From an uncultured Verrucomicrobiae bacterium (GTDB lineage Bacteria; Verrucomicrobiota; Verrucomicrobiia; Chthoniobacterales; Chthoniobacteraceae), in contig CAWIKF010000002.1 of assembly GCA_963836755.1 (NCBI GenBank), positions 480,001-544,000 on the forward strand: a stretch of DNA of 64,000 nucleotides, in the 5' to 3' direction. Position 1 is the first letter of the stretch, and every line of letters begins with the position of its first letter. The notes beneath the pieces are model-generated. The model saw only the letters and a program-made list of their open reading frames with translations, was not told the DNA's origin and did not search any database. Shown here piece by piece: positions 20,720 to 30,447 of this stretch. The translations under genes and the position numbers were made by a program.

Positions 20720-20812
20720 ATGCTTACTTTTGGAATGTTTTCCATCGCACTCGGCGCATTCATCGGCTGCGTCTGGTGGGCTTGCCAAGACGATGCCGAC
20801 GGTGTGCAGTGA
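20720..20812 (+). CDS. Candidate 30-aa single-TM small protein (not in supplied ORF track)
   Basis: ATG..TGA gives MLTFGMFSIALGAFIGCVWWACQDDADGVQ, ending 11 nt before the next gene. Confidence 0.45.
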   Translation: MLTFGMFSIALGAFIGCVWWACQDDADGVQ

Positions 20813-20823
20813 CCTGATTTTCC

Positions 20824-21537
20824 ATGCCTGATTCCAGCGAATTGCAGCGGCTGAAAAAGACGGCCAATGAGCTAAACAACGTGTTGCAAGTCATCACGGA
20901 GTCGAGCCAGTTTCTAAAAAGTTTTACCGGCAACAATCCCGACGCGCAGCGCTATTACGAGATGATGTGCAACGCGATCGATCGCGCCGCACAGCTCAGC
21001 CGCACGATGCTCGAGGTGCCGACCGAGGCGCCGAAAATCCACCCGTTTCCGCAGCCCGGACAGTTTACGGCGCCGCCCGTCCAGCAGCCGACGATGCCGC
21101 AGCCCGCGCAACAAGGTGACGCCCGCATCATGAATCCCGACGGCCCGCGCGAGCTGATCATGATCGTGGACGACGAAGATTTCGTCACGCTCCTCGCGCA
21201 GCGCGTTCTCACGGATGAAGGCTATCGCGTCATCACTGCGAAGGATGGTTTTCAAGCGCTCGAAATTTACAAAAGACTCCAGAATAAAATCGGGCTCATC
21301 ATTCTCGATTTCACGATGCCGATCATGGACGGCTCCGAAGTTTTCAGCGAATTGCGCCTCATCAATCCGCGGGTGCCCGTGATGCTGAGCAGCGGGTTTA
21401 CCGAGCAGGACAAGCTGAAGTGGATGCTCGCGAAGGGCCTTCGCGGCTTCATTCCGAAGCCATACACGCAGCAAAAACTTTTGCTCCAGGTGCGATCGAC
21501 GCTCGATTCACTCCAGAGCGAAGGCCGCGGCGTTTAG
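20824..21537 (+). CDS. Response regulator with degenerate HisKA-like N-terminus
   Basis: REC motifs IVDDED, IILDFTMP, LSSG, IPKPY. N-terminal ANELNNVLQVI and Pro/Gln linker. Confidence 0.85.
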   Translation: MPDSSELQRLKKTANELNNVLQVITESSQFLKSFTGNNPDAQRYYEMMCNAIDRAAQLSRTMLEVPTEAPKIHPFPQPGQFTAPPVQQPTMPQPAQQGDARIMNPDGPRELIMIVDDEDFVTLLAQRVLTDEGYRVITAKDGFQALEIYKRLQNKIGLIILDFTMPIMDGSEVFSELRLINPRVPVMLSSGFTEQDKLKWMLAKGLRGFIPKPYTQQKLLLQVRSTLDSLQSEGRGV

Positions 21538-21623
21538 CGTCCCTCCGGCGCGTCCGGCATTTCGAGGCGGACGTAAATTAACGGCCCGCGTGGCACTCGA
21601 CTAGCTACTTGCGTTTGTGCGCT

Positions 21624-22703
21624 ATGGCTAGGATCGACTCCTTTTTCAAATTCATGCACGAGCAGAACGCATCGGATCTGCATCTCTCGACGGGCAATCA
21701 ACCGATGCTGCGAATTCACGGCGAGCTAGTGCGAGTCGATGCGCCGCCGCTCGATTCGGACGATTTGAAAGCGCTTGTTTATGAAATCGCGCCTGAGACA
21801 AAAATCAAAGTTTTCGAGGAAACCGGCGACGTCGATTTTGGTTACGAGTATCCCGGCTTCGCCCGGTATCGCGCGAATTTTTTGAATCAAAAATACGGCA
21901 TCGCCGCAGTCTTCCGTTTGATCCCGAGCAAAGTTTTCACCGTCGAAGACCTCGGTCTGCCGCCGGTGCTCAAGCGTTTCGCGATGTTGAAAAAAGGTTT
22001 GGTGCTCGTGACCGGGCCAACCGGTTCCGGTAAATCGACCACGCTCGCCGCGCTGATCGACTACGCGAATTTGCACCGCAAAGACCACATCATCACGGTC
22101 GAGGACCCGATCGAATTTGTGCATCGCTCGCAGCAATGCCTCGTCAATCAGCGCGAGGTAGGCATGCACACGAAATCCTTCGCAGCCGCTCTGCGCGGGG
22201 CTTTACGCGAAGATCCAGATATCATTCTCGTCGGTGAAATGCGCGATCTCGAGACCATCGAACTCGCGCTGACTGCGGCGGCAACTGGGCATCTTGTTTT
22301 CGCAACGTTGCACACTTCGAACGCGGCCAAAACCATCGACCGCATCATCGACGTGTTTCCTACGAACCAGCAAAACCAAGTCCGCGCCGGCCTCAGTGAA
22401 TCTTTAAAAGGCGTCGTGGCGCAAAATTTGTTCAAGCGCATCGACAAGCCCGGCCGCTGCGCCGCGCTGGAAATCCTCGTGTGCGACAGTCCGATCGCGA
22501 ACCTCATCCGCGAAGGCAAGACGCACCAAGTCGCAGGCATGATGCAGGTCGGCAAACGCAAGGGCAACCAACCGCTCGACGATGCGATCATGGAACATTT
22601 ACGCGCTGCGAAAATTTCTCCCGAGGAAGCCTACGAAAAGGCGAGCGACAAAAAGAAATTCCGCGCACTGCTGAAAACTCCGCCGGAAGATTTTGAGGAC
22701 TAA
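21624..22703 (+). CDS. pilT: Type IV pilus retraction ATPase PilT
   Basis: ASDLHL, GPTGSGKST, EDPIEF, ALREDPDIILVGEMRD, TLHT, IANLIREGK. Confidence 0.93.
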   Translation: MARIDSFFKFMHEQNASDLHLSTGNQPMLRIHGELVRVDAPPLDSDDLKALVYEIAPETKIKVFEETGDVDFGYEYPGFARYRANFLNQKYGIAAVFRLIPSKVFTVEDLGLPPVLKRFAMLKKGLVLVTGPTGSGKSTTLAALIDYANLHRKDHIITVEDPIEFVHRSQQCLVNQREVGMHTKSFAAALRGALREDPDIILVGEMRDLETIELALTAAATGHLVFATLHTSNAAKTIDRIIDVFPTNQQNQVRAGLSESLKGVVAQNLFKRIDKPGRCAALEILVCDSPIANLIREGKTHQVAGMMQVGKRKGNQPLDDAIMEHLRAAKISPEEAYEKASDKKKFRALLKTPPEDFED

Positions 22704-22706
22704 GCC

Positions 22707-23900
22707 ATGCGCCGCGCTCAATTCGACACCATTATAACCGCGATGATGGAATCGCATCCGGGCGTTTCCGATTTGATTTTTTCGGTCGGACGCCCGTTTC
22801 AAGTCGAGTCCTACGGAGAGCTGAAGCCGGTGGAGACGCATCCCGACGTTCAGCGATTGACGCAGACGCAGACGGAAAAAATCGCGATGATCATCATCGG
22901 TGAAGACCGGCGCTTGATCAAAGAGCTGCTGATGATGGGCTCGTGCGATTGCAGCTATTCGTTAAACGACCGTTTTAGATTTCGCGTCAATATTTTCAAG
23001 CAGCGCGGGAATTTCGCCATCGTCATGCGCAAACCGCAGGCGGAGATTCCGACGCTCGCATCCCTCGGCTTGCCGGCGATTTTCCAGGACATCGCGCGCG
23101 AACGGAACGGGCTCGTGCTCGTGACGGGCGCGACGGGCAGCGGCAAAACGACAACGCTGAGCGCGATCCTGAACGAGATCAACGAGACGCAGCCACTGCA
23201 CGTGGTTACGCTCGAGGACCCAATTGAATTTGTGCACAAGCACAAGAACTGCACCTTTTCGCAACGCGAGCTCGGGCAGGATTTCGATGACTACCCGAGC
23301 GGCTTGCGAGCGGCTCTGCGACAGGCTCCGAAGGTAATTCTCGTCGGAGAAATGCGCGACCGAGCGACCGTGGAAATCGCATTGATGGCCGCCGAAACCG
23401 GGCATCTCGTTTTGAGCACACTGCACACGATCGATGCCGGCCAATCGATCAACCGGATTCTCGGACTCTTCGATCCTAGCGAGGAGACGCATCTGCGTCT
23501 GCGCCTCGCCGACACGATCCGCTACATCATCAGTCAGCGCCTGGCGCCGAAACGCGGCGGCGGTCGGCTGCTGATCAATGAGGTGATGGGAACAAATCTT
23601 CGCACGCGCGAGGTCGTCGCTTTTGGCGAAAATGAAAACCGGAGCTTTTACGACATCATTGAAAGCAACGCCTCATTCGGCTGGCAGACCTTCGACCAAT
23701 CCATCGCCCGCGCGTATGAGGCCGACCTGCTCACGGAGGAAACGGCAAACCTTTACGCAACGCGCAAAGGCAAGGTGACGCGCGCCATTGACCTGACGAA
23801 AAAACGGCGCGGGATCGTGGAAGAAAGCGCAACCGGCTTGCGTTTGGATGTCCCCGAAGAATTGCAAAAAATCTCTGCCCTGCTGCTCGACCCGAAATAA
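22707..23900 (+). CDS. Second PilT/PilU family ATPase
   Basis: GATGSGKTT, EDPIEF, RAALRQAPKVILVGEMRD, ETGHLVLSTLHT, QTFDQS. Confidence 0.9.
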   Translation: MRRAQFDTIITAMMESHPGVSDLIFSVGRPFQVESYGELKPVETHPDVQRLTQTQTEKIAMIIIGEDRRLIKELLMMGSCDCSYSLNDRFRFRVNIFKQRGNFAIVMRKPQAEIPTLASLGLPAIFQDIARERNGLVLVTGATGSGKTTTLSAILNEINETQPLHVVTLEDPIEFVHKHKNCTFSQRELGQDFDDYPSGLRAALRQAPKVILVGEMRDRATVEIALMAAETGHLVLSTLHTIDAGQSINRILGLFDPSEETHLRLRLADTIRYIISQRLAPKRGGGRLLINEVMGTNLRTREVVAFGENENRSFYDIIESNASFGWQTFDQSIARAYEADLLTEETANLYATRKGKVTRAIDLTKKRRGIVEESATGLRLDVPEELQKISALLLDPK

Positions 23901-23904
23901 TTCC

Positions 23905-24369
23905 ATGGAAATCCATGCCCGTTACGATTTTTTTGAACCCGGCGATCGCACTGCACTGGTGTGCGTAGACGAGCCGGAAATTCACCGCGTCGTCGTCGAG
24001 CAACTCGGCCAGCTCGAATACAAAATGCACACCGGACTTTTTACGGAAGACATTTCTCTCAAGCTCAAGGCGCAGACTTACGATCTCGTCGTCGTCTACG
24101 AAAGCTTCAACGACACGATCCTCGAGGGGAACGCGGTGCTGGCCGAAATCACTCGCATTCCCGCGAACCAGCGCCGGCACGAATTCGTCGTGCTCATCGG
24201 GCCTGGCATGGTCACGAACGATGAAACGCAGGCTTTTCAATACAGCGTCGATCTCACGTTCTGCGTCTCCGATCTCGCGAATTTCGCACCGGTGCTGCGG
24301 CGCGGCGCAATGCGGCATCAGGAATTTTACCGCTTGTTTTTTGAATGCCTGCGCGCCGCGGGAGCTTGA
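23905..24369 (+). CDS. Hypothetical receiver-like alpha/beta protein
   Basis: Starts 4 nt after the pilT paralogue. ALVCVDE...YDLVVVYE pattern without the canonical acceptor Asp or KP. Confidence 0.6.
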   Translation: MEIHARYDFFEPGDRTALVCVDEPEIHRVVVEQLGQLEYKMHTGLFTEDISLKLKAQTYDLVVVYESFNDTILEGNAVLAEITRIPANQRRHEFVVLIGPGMVTNDETQAFQYSVDLTFCVSDLANFAPVLRRGAMRHQEFYRLFFECLRAAGA

Positions 24370-24393
24370 AGCACAAAGGGTTCGCGCGAAATT

Positions 24394-25227
24394 TTACGAG
24401 ACGCCTTCGATGGCGGTGATCGTAGCCAGAGCTTGCACCGCTGCCCGGACGTTGTGGACGCGAAAGATTGACGCGCCGCGCAATGCCCCACTGACGACGC
24501 ATGCAATTGTTCCCGCGTCGCGCTCGTGCGGCTCGCGGATATTTAACACCTCGCCAACAACTGTTTTTCGCGAAACAGGCAGCAAAATCGGGCGCTGAAA
24601 TTTTTGCAGCAATCCGAGCTCGCGATAGATCCGCAAATTTTCCGCGCGCTGCTTCGCGAAGTCGATGCCGGGATCGAGCAGCAGCGCTTCTGGCGAGAGC
24701 CCGGCATCGATGGCGGATCGGATTTTGTCCGTGAAAAATTCGTCGAGCGTTTTCATCACGTCTGCGTAGTCGATATACGTGTGCGCAATTTTCGGAGCGC
24801 CGATGCTGTGCATGATCACGAGCGCGGCGCGGTTTTCTGCGCAGATGGTCGCGTTTTCGGGCGTCGGCAGCGCGCTGATGTCATTCAAAATATCGCCGCC
24901 GACGGCAAGCGCTGCGCGGACTACAGCGGGCCGCCACGTGTTGATCGACAGAAAAGTTTGCCCGCAACTGCGAAGAAATTCTTCGATGAATGGGCCGAGT
25001 CGATCAATCTCCTCGGCCTCGCTCATGGCGGCGCGCTTGGTGCCGGCGCTTTCGCCGCCGACGTCGATGATGTCGGCACCATCGGCGATCAACTGGCGCG
25101 CGTGCTCGATCGCGAGCGGCAAATCTTCGATGCCGTCGCCGGAAAAAGAATCGGCAACGAGATTGACGATCCCCATCACGAGCGGGCGGCCGAACTCGAT
25201 CGTGCAGCGGCGCGTGACGAGTTTCAC
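24394..25227 (-). CDS. folP: Dihydropteroate synthase
   Basis: VMGIVN..DSFSGDG, GADIIDVGGES, DPGIDFAK, VSRK, FRVHNV. Confidence 0.92.
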   Translation of the reverse strand: MKLVTRRCTIEFGRPLVMGIVNLVADSFSGDGIEDLPLAIEHARQLIADGADIIDVGGESAGTKRAAMSEAEEIDRLGPFIEEFLRSCGQTFLSINTWRPAVVRAALAVGGDILNDISALPTPENATICAENRAALVIMHSIGAPKIAHTYIDYADVMKTLDEFFTDKIRSAIDAGLSPEALLLDPGIDFAKQRAENLRIYRELGLLQKFQRPILLPVSRKTVVGEVLNIREPHERDAGTIACVVSGALRGASIFRVHNVRAAVQALATITAIEGVS

Positions 25228-26015
25228 AACGGGGCGAAAGTGCGCCGACGCTTTTCGAAGCGCGCGAGCTCGCGGTAACCAACTTCGCGCGCGAGCACAG
25301 TCGCGGGCGCAAAGTCCGCGCCGACTTCTTCCGCGGCGTGCGCGTCCGAGTTGATCAACAGCGGGACGCCGGCGGCGTGCGCCATTTCTAAGAATTCGCG
25401 ACTTGGGTAAAGTTCTTGCACGGGCTTGCGCAAACCGGCGGTGTTGATTTCTACGGCGACATTTTTTTCGGCGAGCGCGCGGATGCTCGGCTCGTAAAAC
25501 GGGCGCAAATCTCCGTCGGGTTTAAAACCGAACTTTTTCGGCAGATCGGGGTGCGCGACGAAATCGAAGAGGCCGCTGCGAATGCATTGCTCGTAAATTT
25601 TCCAATACATCGCCCAGATTTCCGCGACCGGCTGCTCGCGAAATCGGCCGATCCATTTCGGATTATCGACATCCCAGCCGGGCGCGATGTAATGGACGCT
25701 GCCGATCAAAAAATCCCAGTCAGCGAGCCCGGCGAGTTTTTCGATCCATGCTTCCTGGCCGGCGATGAAGTCGCATTCGAGGCCGAGCCGGATTTGCAAT
25801 TGCGGGAATGCTTCGCGCGCCTGCTGCACCATCTCGATGTAGCGAGGAAGTTCGTGGATGCTCATCCGCCAGTCGTCGAATGGCGCGGGCATCGGGTTGT
25901 GGTCCGCAAAGCCGATTTCGCTCAAACCTTTCGCGACGGCGACCCGCGCATAATCGAGCGGCGTGCCGATTGCATGCCGACAAAGCAGCGTGTGCAAATG
26001 ATAATCCGCCGTCAC
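25224..26015 (-). CDS. PHP-family histidinol-phosphatase (HisJ-like)
   Basis: DYHLHT, GFADH, IGSVH, AHPDLPK, EINTAGLRK, NSDAH. Start taken at GTG 26015. Confidence 0.88.
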   Translation of the reverse strand: MTADYHLHTLLCRHAIGTPLDYARVAVAKGLSEIGFADHNPMPAPFDDWRMSIHELPRYIEMVQQAREAFPQLQIRLGLECDFIAGQEAWIEKLAGLADWDFLIGSVHYIAPGWDVDNPKWIGRFREQPVAEIWAMYWKIYEQCIRSGLFDFVAHPDLPKKFGFKPDGDLRPFYEPSIRALAEKNVAVEINTAGLRKPVQELYPSREFLEMAHAAGVPLLINSDAHAAEEVGADFAPATVLAREVGYRELARFEKRRRTFAPL

Positions 26016-26065
26016 GATGTTAGGCTTGTGCGCGCTCTGCAAAGGGCGCAACGTAATTCGAAGCT

Positions 26066-27151
26066 ATGAAATTCATTGAGTCCGTTTTCGAGAAATTGAG
26101 ACGGCATCCGAAGCGGATCGTTTTCCCGGAGGGCACCGAGCCGCGAGTTTTGCAGGCGGCCTCGCGCTTTGTCAAATTGCACCTCGGCGCCTCGATCGTG
26201 CTCGGAAAAAAAGAGGAAATTCTGGCGAGCGCGCAGAAACATGGGCTGGATATCGAGCGGCTCACGCTGATCGATCCGGAGACGGCGGAAGATTTGCCGA
26301 TTTTTTCTGAGCGTCTCGCGAAGCTCAAACGATACCGGAATTTCGGCGAGGCCGATGCGCGCTCGATCATCATGAACCCGAATTATTTCGCGGCGATGAT
26401 GATTCAATATGGTCAGGCGGATGGGCTGGTCGGCGGCGCGAGTGTCTATCCGGGCACGTTGCTGCGGCCCTTAATCCAGCTGGTGAAGCCGCTTCCGGGC
26501 GTGGAGACCATTTCGAGCTGCATGCTCGTGGAAGTGGCGAACACGAATTACGGCGACGATGGCGTTTTGATTTTTGCCGATTGCGCCGTGATTCCGGAAC
26601 CGACTGTCGATCAGCTCGCGACGATCGCCGTGCAGGCGGGAAAAATTTGCCGTCAACTAACAGGGATTCCGCCGCGCGTCGCATTGCTGAGTTTTTCCAC
26701 GAAAGGGAGCGCGAAATTGCCCGCAGCGGAAAGAGTGGCGGCAGCCGCGGCGCTCGCGCGGCAGAAGGCGGAGGGGGAACAGATTGAAATGGAGATCGAC
26801 GGCGAGATGCAGGCTGATACTGCGTTGCTGCCCGAGCTCGCAGAGCGGAAGGCGCCGACGAGCCGCGTGGCCGGCAAGGCGAACGTGCTGATTTTTCCCG
26901 ACCTCAACAGCGGAAACATCGCCGCGAAACTGGTGCAATATCTCGCTGGGGCAAACATCTACGGGCAACTTTTGCTCGGGCTTTCGAGGCCGGCGGCGGA
27001 TCTTTCTCGCGGAGCATCCGTGGAGGATATTCTCGGAGTCGCGGCGATTATTGGACTGCAGGCGATCGCGTATCGGAAGCTCTATCCGGGGCCCGAAGAG
27101 GAAGAACTCGCACTCGCATTTCGCGCGGAGAGCCGGCTGACCGATTTGTAA
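26066..27151 (+). CDS. pta: Phosphate acetyl/butyryltransferase catalytic domain
   Basis: RIVFPEG, FADCAV, VALLSFSTKGS, DGEMQADTA, IFPDLNSGNI, DLSRG. Confidence 0.9.
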   Translation: MKFIESVFEKLRRHPKRIVFPEGTEPRVLQAASRFVKLHLGASIVLGKKEEILASAQKHGLDIERLTLIDPETAEDLPIFSERLAKLKRYRNFGEADARSIIMNPNYFAAMMIQYGQADGLVGGASVYPGTLLRPLIQLVKPLPGVETISSCMLVEVANTNYGDDGVLIFADCAVIPEPTVDQLATIAVQAGKICRQLTGIPPRVALLSFSTKGSAKLPAAERVAAAAALARQKAEGEQIEMEIDGEMQADTALLPELAERKAPTSRVAGKANVLIFPDLNSGNIAAKLVQYLAGANIYGQLLLGLSRPAADLSRGASVEDILGVAAIIGLQAIAYRKLYPGPEEEELALAFRAESRLTDL

Positions 27152-27160
27152 GGCTCGTCT

Positions 27161-28267
27161 GTGAACACGACGAGTCCGCGCGTTTTTGTCGCCGCCACTC
27201 AGCAGAACGATGGGAAAACAACGATCGCGCTCGGCCTCTTCGCCGCGCTGAAAAAACGACTCGGCCGCATCGGTTTCATCAAGCCGGTCGGCCAGCGTTT
27301 TGTGGAAATCGAAGGCCGCAGCATCGACGAAGATTCGGTGCTCATCGATCGGACTTTTCGCGTGCAGACGCCGCTCGAGGATATGAGCCCGATCGCTGTG
27401 CAGCCGGATTTTACGCGAAAATATATCAACCATTCGAATAGCGATTCGCTCACGCGGCGGATTCAAAATTCGTTCGATCGCGCATGCTGGGAAAAAGAAT
27501 TTTGCATCATCGAAGGCACCGGTCACGCGGGAGTCGGCTCGGTTTTTGATCTCTCAAATGCGCGCGTCGCACATCTGCTGCAGAGCAAAGTGCTGCTCGT
27601 GACGCGCGGCGGGATCGGGCGTTCGATCGACGAGGTCGCGCTGAACAAGGCTCTTTTTGACAAGGAAGGCGTGGAGCTCGTCGGCATTGTGTTGAATAAA
27701 GTGTTACACGACAAGTTTGATCACGTCGCGGAATTTGCGCGCCGCGGCCTCGACCGGCTCGGTATCGATTTGCTCGGCGTGATCCCGGTTGAGCCGCTGC
27801 TGGCGAACGCGACGCTCGGACAAATCTGCGTGCAGACCAAAGGCAAATTTCTCAATGCTGAAAGCGACCTCGCGCGGCGCGTGCGCAAAATCATCATCGG
27901 CGCGATGAACTCCACGCACGTGATGGAATATTTTTCGCCCGGCACGCTCGTGATCACGCCGGGCGATCGCGAGGACATCATCCTCGCGGCACTTTCAAAC
28001 AGCACGCTCAGCGCGCTCGATGGAAAGGCGATTGCGGGGCTCGTGCTTGCGGGAGATTTGCTGCCGCACCAGAGCGTGCTCGACTTGATCTCGGCGTCGG
28101 ACGTGCCGACGATCGCGTCGCCTCTGGACAGCTACACGGTGGCGAACAGCATCTACTCGATGACTGTGAAAACGTTGCCGGGCGACGAGGAAAAAATCGA
28201 CAAAATCCAGTCGCTCATTGAGCGGCATGTGGAGATCGATCGGCTGCTGACGAAGCTGCGGAGCTGA
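27161..28267 (+). CDS. BioD-like P-loop plus DRTGG protein (Pta N-terminal-like)
   Basis: ATQQNDGKTT, FIKPVGQ, IIEGTGH, VITPGDREDI. Confidence 0.85.
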   Translation: MNTTSPRVFVAATQQNDGKTTIALGLFAALKKRLGRIGFIKPVGQRFVEIEGRSIDEDSVLIDRTFRVQTPLEDMSPIAVQPDFTRKYINHSNSDSLTRRIQNSFDRACWEKEFCIIEGTGHAGVGSVFDLSNARVAHLLQSKVLLVTRGGIGRSIDEVALNKALFDKEGVELVGIVLNKVLHDKFDHVAEFARRGLDRLGIDLLGVIPVEPLLANATLGQICVQTKGKFLNAESDLARRVRKIIIGAMNSTHVMEYFSPGTLVITPGDREDIILAALSNSTLSALDGKAIAGLVLAGDLLPHQSVLDLISASDVPTIASPLDSYTVANSIYSMTVKTLPGDEEKIDKIQSLIERHVEIDRLLTKLRS

Positions 28268-28273
28268 TTCCGC

Positions 28274-28603
28274 CTACGCGAGCGCGTCGATCTTTGCGAT
28301 CAGGTCGTGCTTGCTGGTCATTCCGACCATCTGCTCGCGAACCTGGCCGCCTTTAAATAAAAGCAGCGTCGGAATTGCGCGGATCTGAAATTGCGCGGCG
28401 AGCGCCTGCGCTTGATCGACATTGATTTTTGCAACTTTGACGGCACCGGCTTTTTCCGTCGCGATTTCGTCGAGGATCGGCGCGATCATTTTGCACGGCC
28501 CGCACCACTCGGCCCAAAAATCGACGACGACGGGCGTGCTGGACTTTACGACTTCGCTGTCGAAGTTTGCGTCGGTGACGTTGACGACGTTCGCGTTCAC
28601 CAT
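28274..28603 (-). CDS. trxA: Thioredoxin
   Basis: [16 protein letters not shown]. Confidence 0.97.
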   Translation of the reverse strand: MVNANVVNVTDANFDSEVVKSSTPVVVDFWAEWCGPCKMIAPILDEIATEKAGAVKVAKINVDQAQALAAQFQIRAIPTLLLFKGGQVREQMVGMTSKHDLIAKIDALA

Positions 28604-29244
28604 TACGCGGAGTAGGCGAGGTATGCGGTCGCGGCAGCCGCAAGCGATACCGCGAGCACGGCCCAGGTCAAAATATTGACAAGCGGGTCGGCGGCGGCGG
28701 GCTCAGCAGTTGCAGTCGTGGCCGCGGGAGTGATGGTGCGGACGGCGGCGGACGGCGCTTGCGACAACGGCTGCGTCTGCTGCATGCGAATGGTCGCCTG
28801 CGGCATTGCGCGCTTCGGTTCCGGTGTGACTTGAATGCGGGCCGTTTCTTTTTTCGGAGAGGCTGCTTTCATCGTGACCGGCGCAGCTTCCGCATAATTT
28901 GCGGCCTTCGGCACGGCGGGTGCAGTCGGCTTTGGCGGCGGTGCGATCGGCCGCGGCGTGGATGGCGGTGCGGGTGCCGGCCTCATCGCGGAAGGCGGAG
29001 TCGGAACGCTCGGCGCAGATGGCGGCGGCGTGAAAGGTTTTGGCGCGGGCGCTGGCGCGGCGGCTGGCGGTGGAGTAGCTGCCGCTGCTGCGGGCTCCGG
29101 CTCGGTTTTCTGGCTCATTCCCGGCGCATTGATGCGGACGGTTTCGCGTTTGACGCTCGGCGCCGAACTCGGTTTTGGCGGCAAAGTAATGCGAACGGTT
29201 TCTTTTTTCGGAGGAGTGGAACTGGAGGGTGTTTCGTCGGCCAT
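28603..29244 (-). CDS. Pro/Ala-rich disordered protein with repeated K[KR]ETxRI motifs and C-terminal TM anchor
   Basis: Motifs at 29188-29208, 29131-29151 and 28834-28854. Hydrophobic tail [21 protein letters not shown]. Stop overlaps the trxA start (TAATG). Confidence 0.75.
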   Translation of the reverse strand: MADETPSSSTPPKKETVRITLPPKPSSAPSVKRETVRINAPGMSQKTEPEPAAAAATPPPAAAPAPAPKPFTPPPSAPSVPTPPSAMRPAPAPPSTPRPIAPPPKPTAPAVPKAANYAEAAPVTMKAASPKKETARIQVTPEPKRAMPQATIRMQQTQPLSQAPSAAVRTITPAATTATAEPAAADPLVNILTWAVLAVSLAAAATAYLAYSA

Positions 29245-29293
29245 GGCTAATATTTGCTATCTCATTTGCTTGATTGATGTCAAACCACAAACC

Positions 29294-30418
29294 TCATCGC
29301 TCGTCAATCGGCATAACCTTTTTCCCAGCCTCGGGGCCGATGTATTCGCTCAGCGGGCGGAAAAGGCGGTTGTCCGCGAGCTGCTCGAGCACGTGCGCCG
29401 TCCATCCGCTCATGCGTGAGATCGCGAAGATCGGCGTGAAAAGATCGATCGGGATGCCGAGCGAATAATAAACGGTCGCCGAGTAAAAATCGACGTTTGC
29501 GTTCAAACCCTTCCGCTCTTTCATGATCTCCGCGATGCGCTCCGACATCTGAATCCATTTCGCCTCGCCGAGCTGGTCGGAAAGTTTGATCGCCATCGCC
29601 TTCAGATGCGGTGCGCGCGGATCCAGCACTTTGTAAACACGATGACCGATGCCCATGATCTTCTTCTTTTGCGCGAGAGCATCCGCGATCCATGCGTCGA
29701 CATTTTCCAGCTCGCCGATTTCCTGGAGCATGTGAATGACGCCTTCGTTCGCGCCGCCGTGCAGCGGCCCTTTCAACGCGCCGATCGCCGCGCTGATCGC
29801 GGAATACATGTCCGAGAGTGTGCTTGCGACGACGCGGGCGGTGAAAGTGGAGGCGTTGAAGCCGTGCTCCGCGTGCAGGACTAGCGCGACATCGAGCGTC
29901 TGCACCGCCTCTGCGCTTGGCTGTTCCTCGTTCATCAGCCAAAGAAAATGCGCCGCCTCGCTCAAGTCCTTGCGAATCGGCGGAAGTTCGCGCCCATTGC
30001 GCGCGCGGTGAAAATACGCGGCGATGACGCCGATCTGCGCGACGAGTTTGATCGCGATTGCCTCGTTTTCGCTCATGTCGAGATCGTGCCGGCTGGTCGG
30101 ATAGCAGCCGAGCATGCTCACCACCGTGCGCATGATGTCGATCGGCGCGGCGGACTTTGGCGCGGTCTTGATGAAATCGATCACGCCCTGCGGCAACTCA
30201 CGCTCGGCGCGCAGCGCGGTCGTCAATTTCTCGAGCTCGCGACGGTTCGGCAAATTGCCGTGCCAAAGCAGATAAACCACTTCCTCGTAGCTGACTTTGC
30301 CGGCGAGTTCATTGATATCGTATCCGCAATAAACGAGCTGCCCCTCGGCGCCGCGCACGTTTCCGATCCGGGTTTCCGCGGCGATGATTCCTTCGAGTCC
30401 TCTGGAGATAACAGGCAT
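29294..30418 (-). CDS. gltA: Citrate synthase (short type; 2-methylcitrate synthase not excluded)
   Basis: GLEGI, HAEHGFNASTF, GPLHGGANE, GIGHRVYKVLDPRA, NVDFYS. Confidence 0.9.
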   Translation of the reverse strand: MPVISRGLEGIIAAETRIGNVRGAEGQLVYCGYDINELAGKVSYEEVVYLLWHGNLPNRRELEKLTTALRAERELPQGVIDFIKTAPKSAAPIDIMRTVVSMLGCYPTSRHDLDMSENEAIAIKLVAQIGVIAAYFHRARNGRELPPIRKDLSEAAHFLWLMNEEQPSAEAVQTLDVALVLHAEHGFNASTFTARVVASTLSDMYSAISAAIGALKGPLHGGANEGVIHMLQEIGELENVDAWIADALAQKKKIMGIGHRVYKVLDPRAPHLKAMAIKLSDQLGEAKWIQMSERIAEIMKERKGLNANVDFYSATVYYSLGIPIDLFTPIFAISRMSGWTAHVLEQLADNRLFRPLSEYIGPEAGKKVMPIDER

Positions 30419-30447
30419 GGTTTGGGAAAAAAATTACGGTTTAAAAT

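Noticed and set aside
28860..29110. Low-complexity GGC/GCG-rich DNA resembling a tandem repeat
   Set aside because: Explained by Pro/Ala codons; there is no fixed repeat unit.
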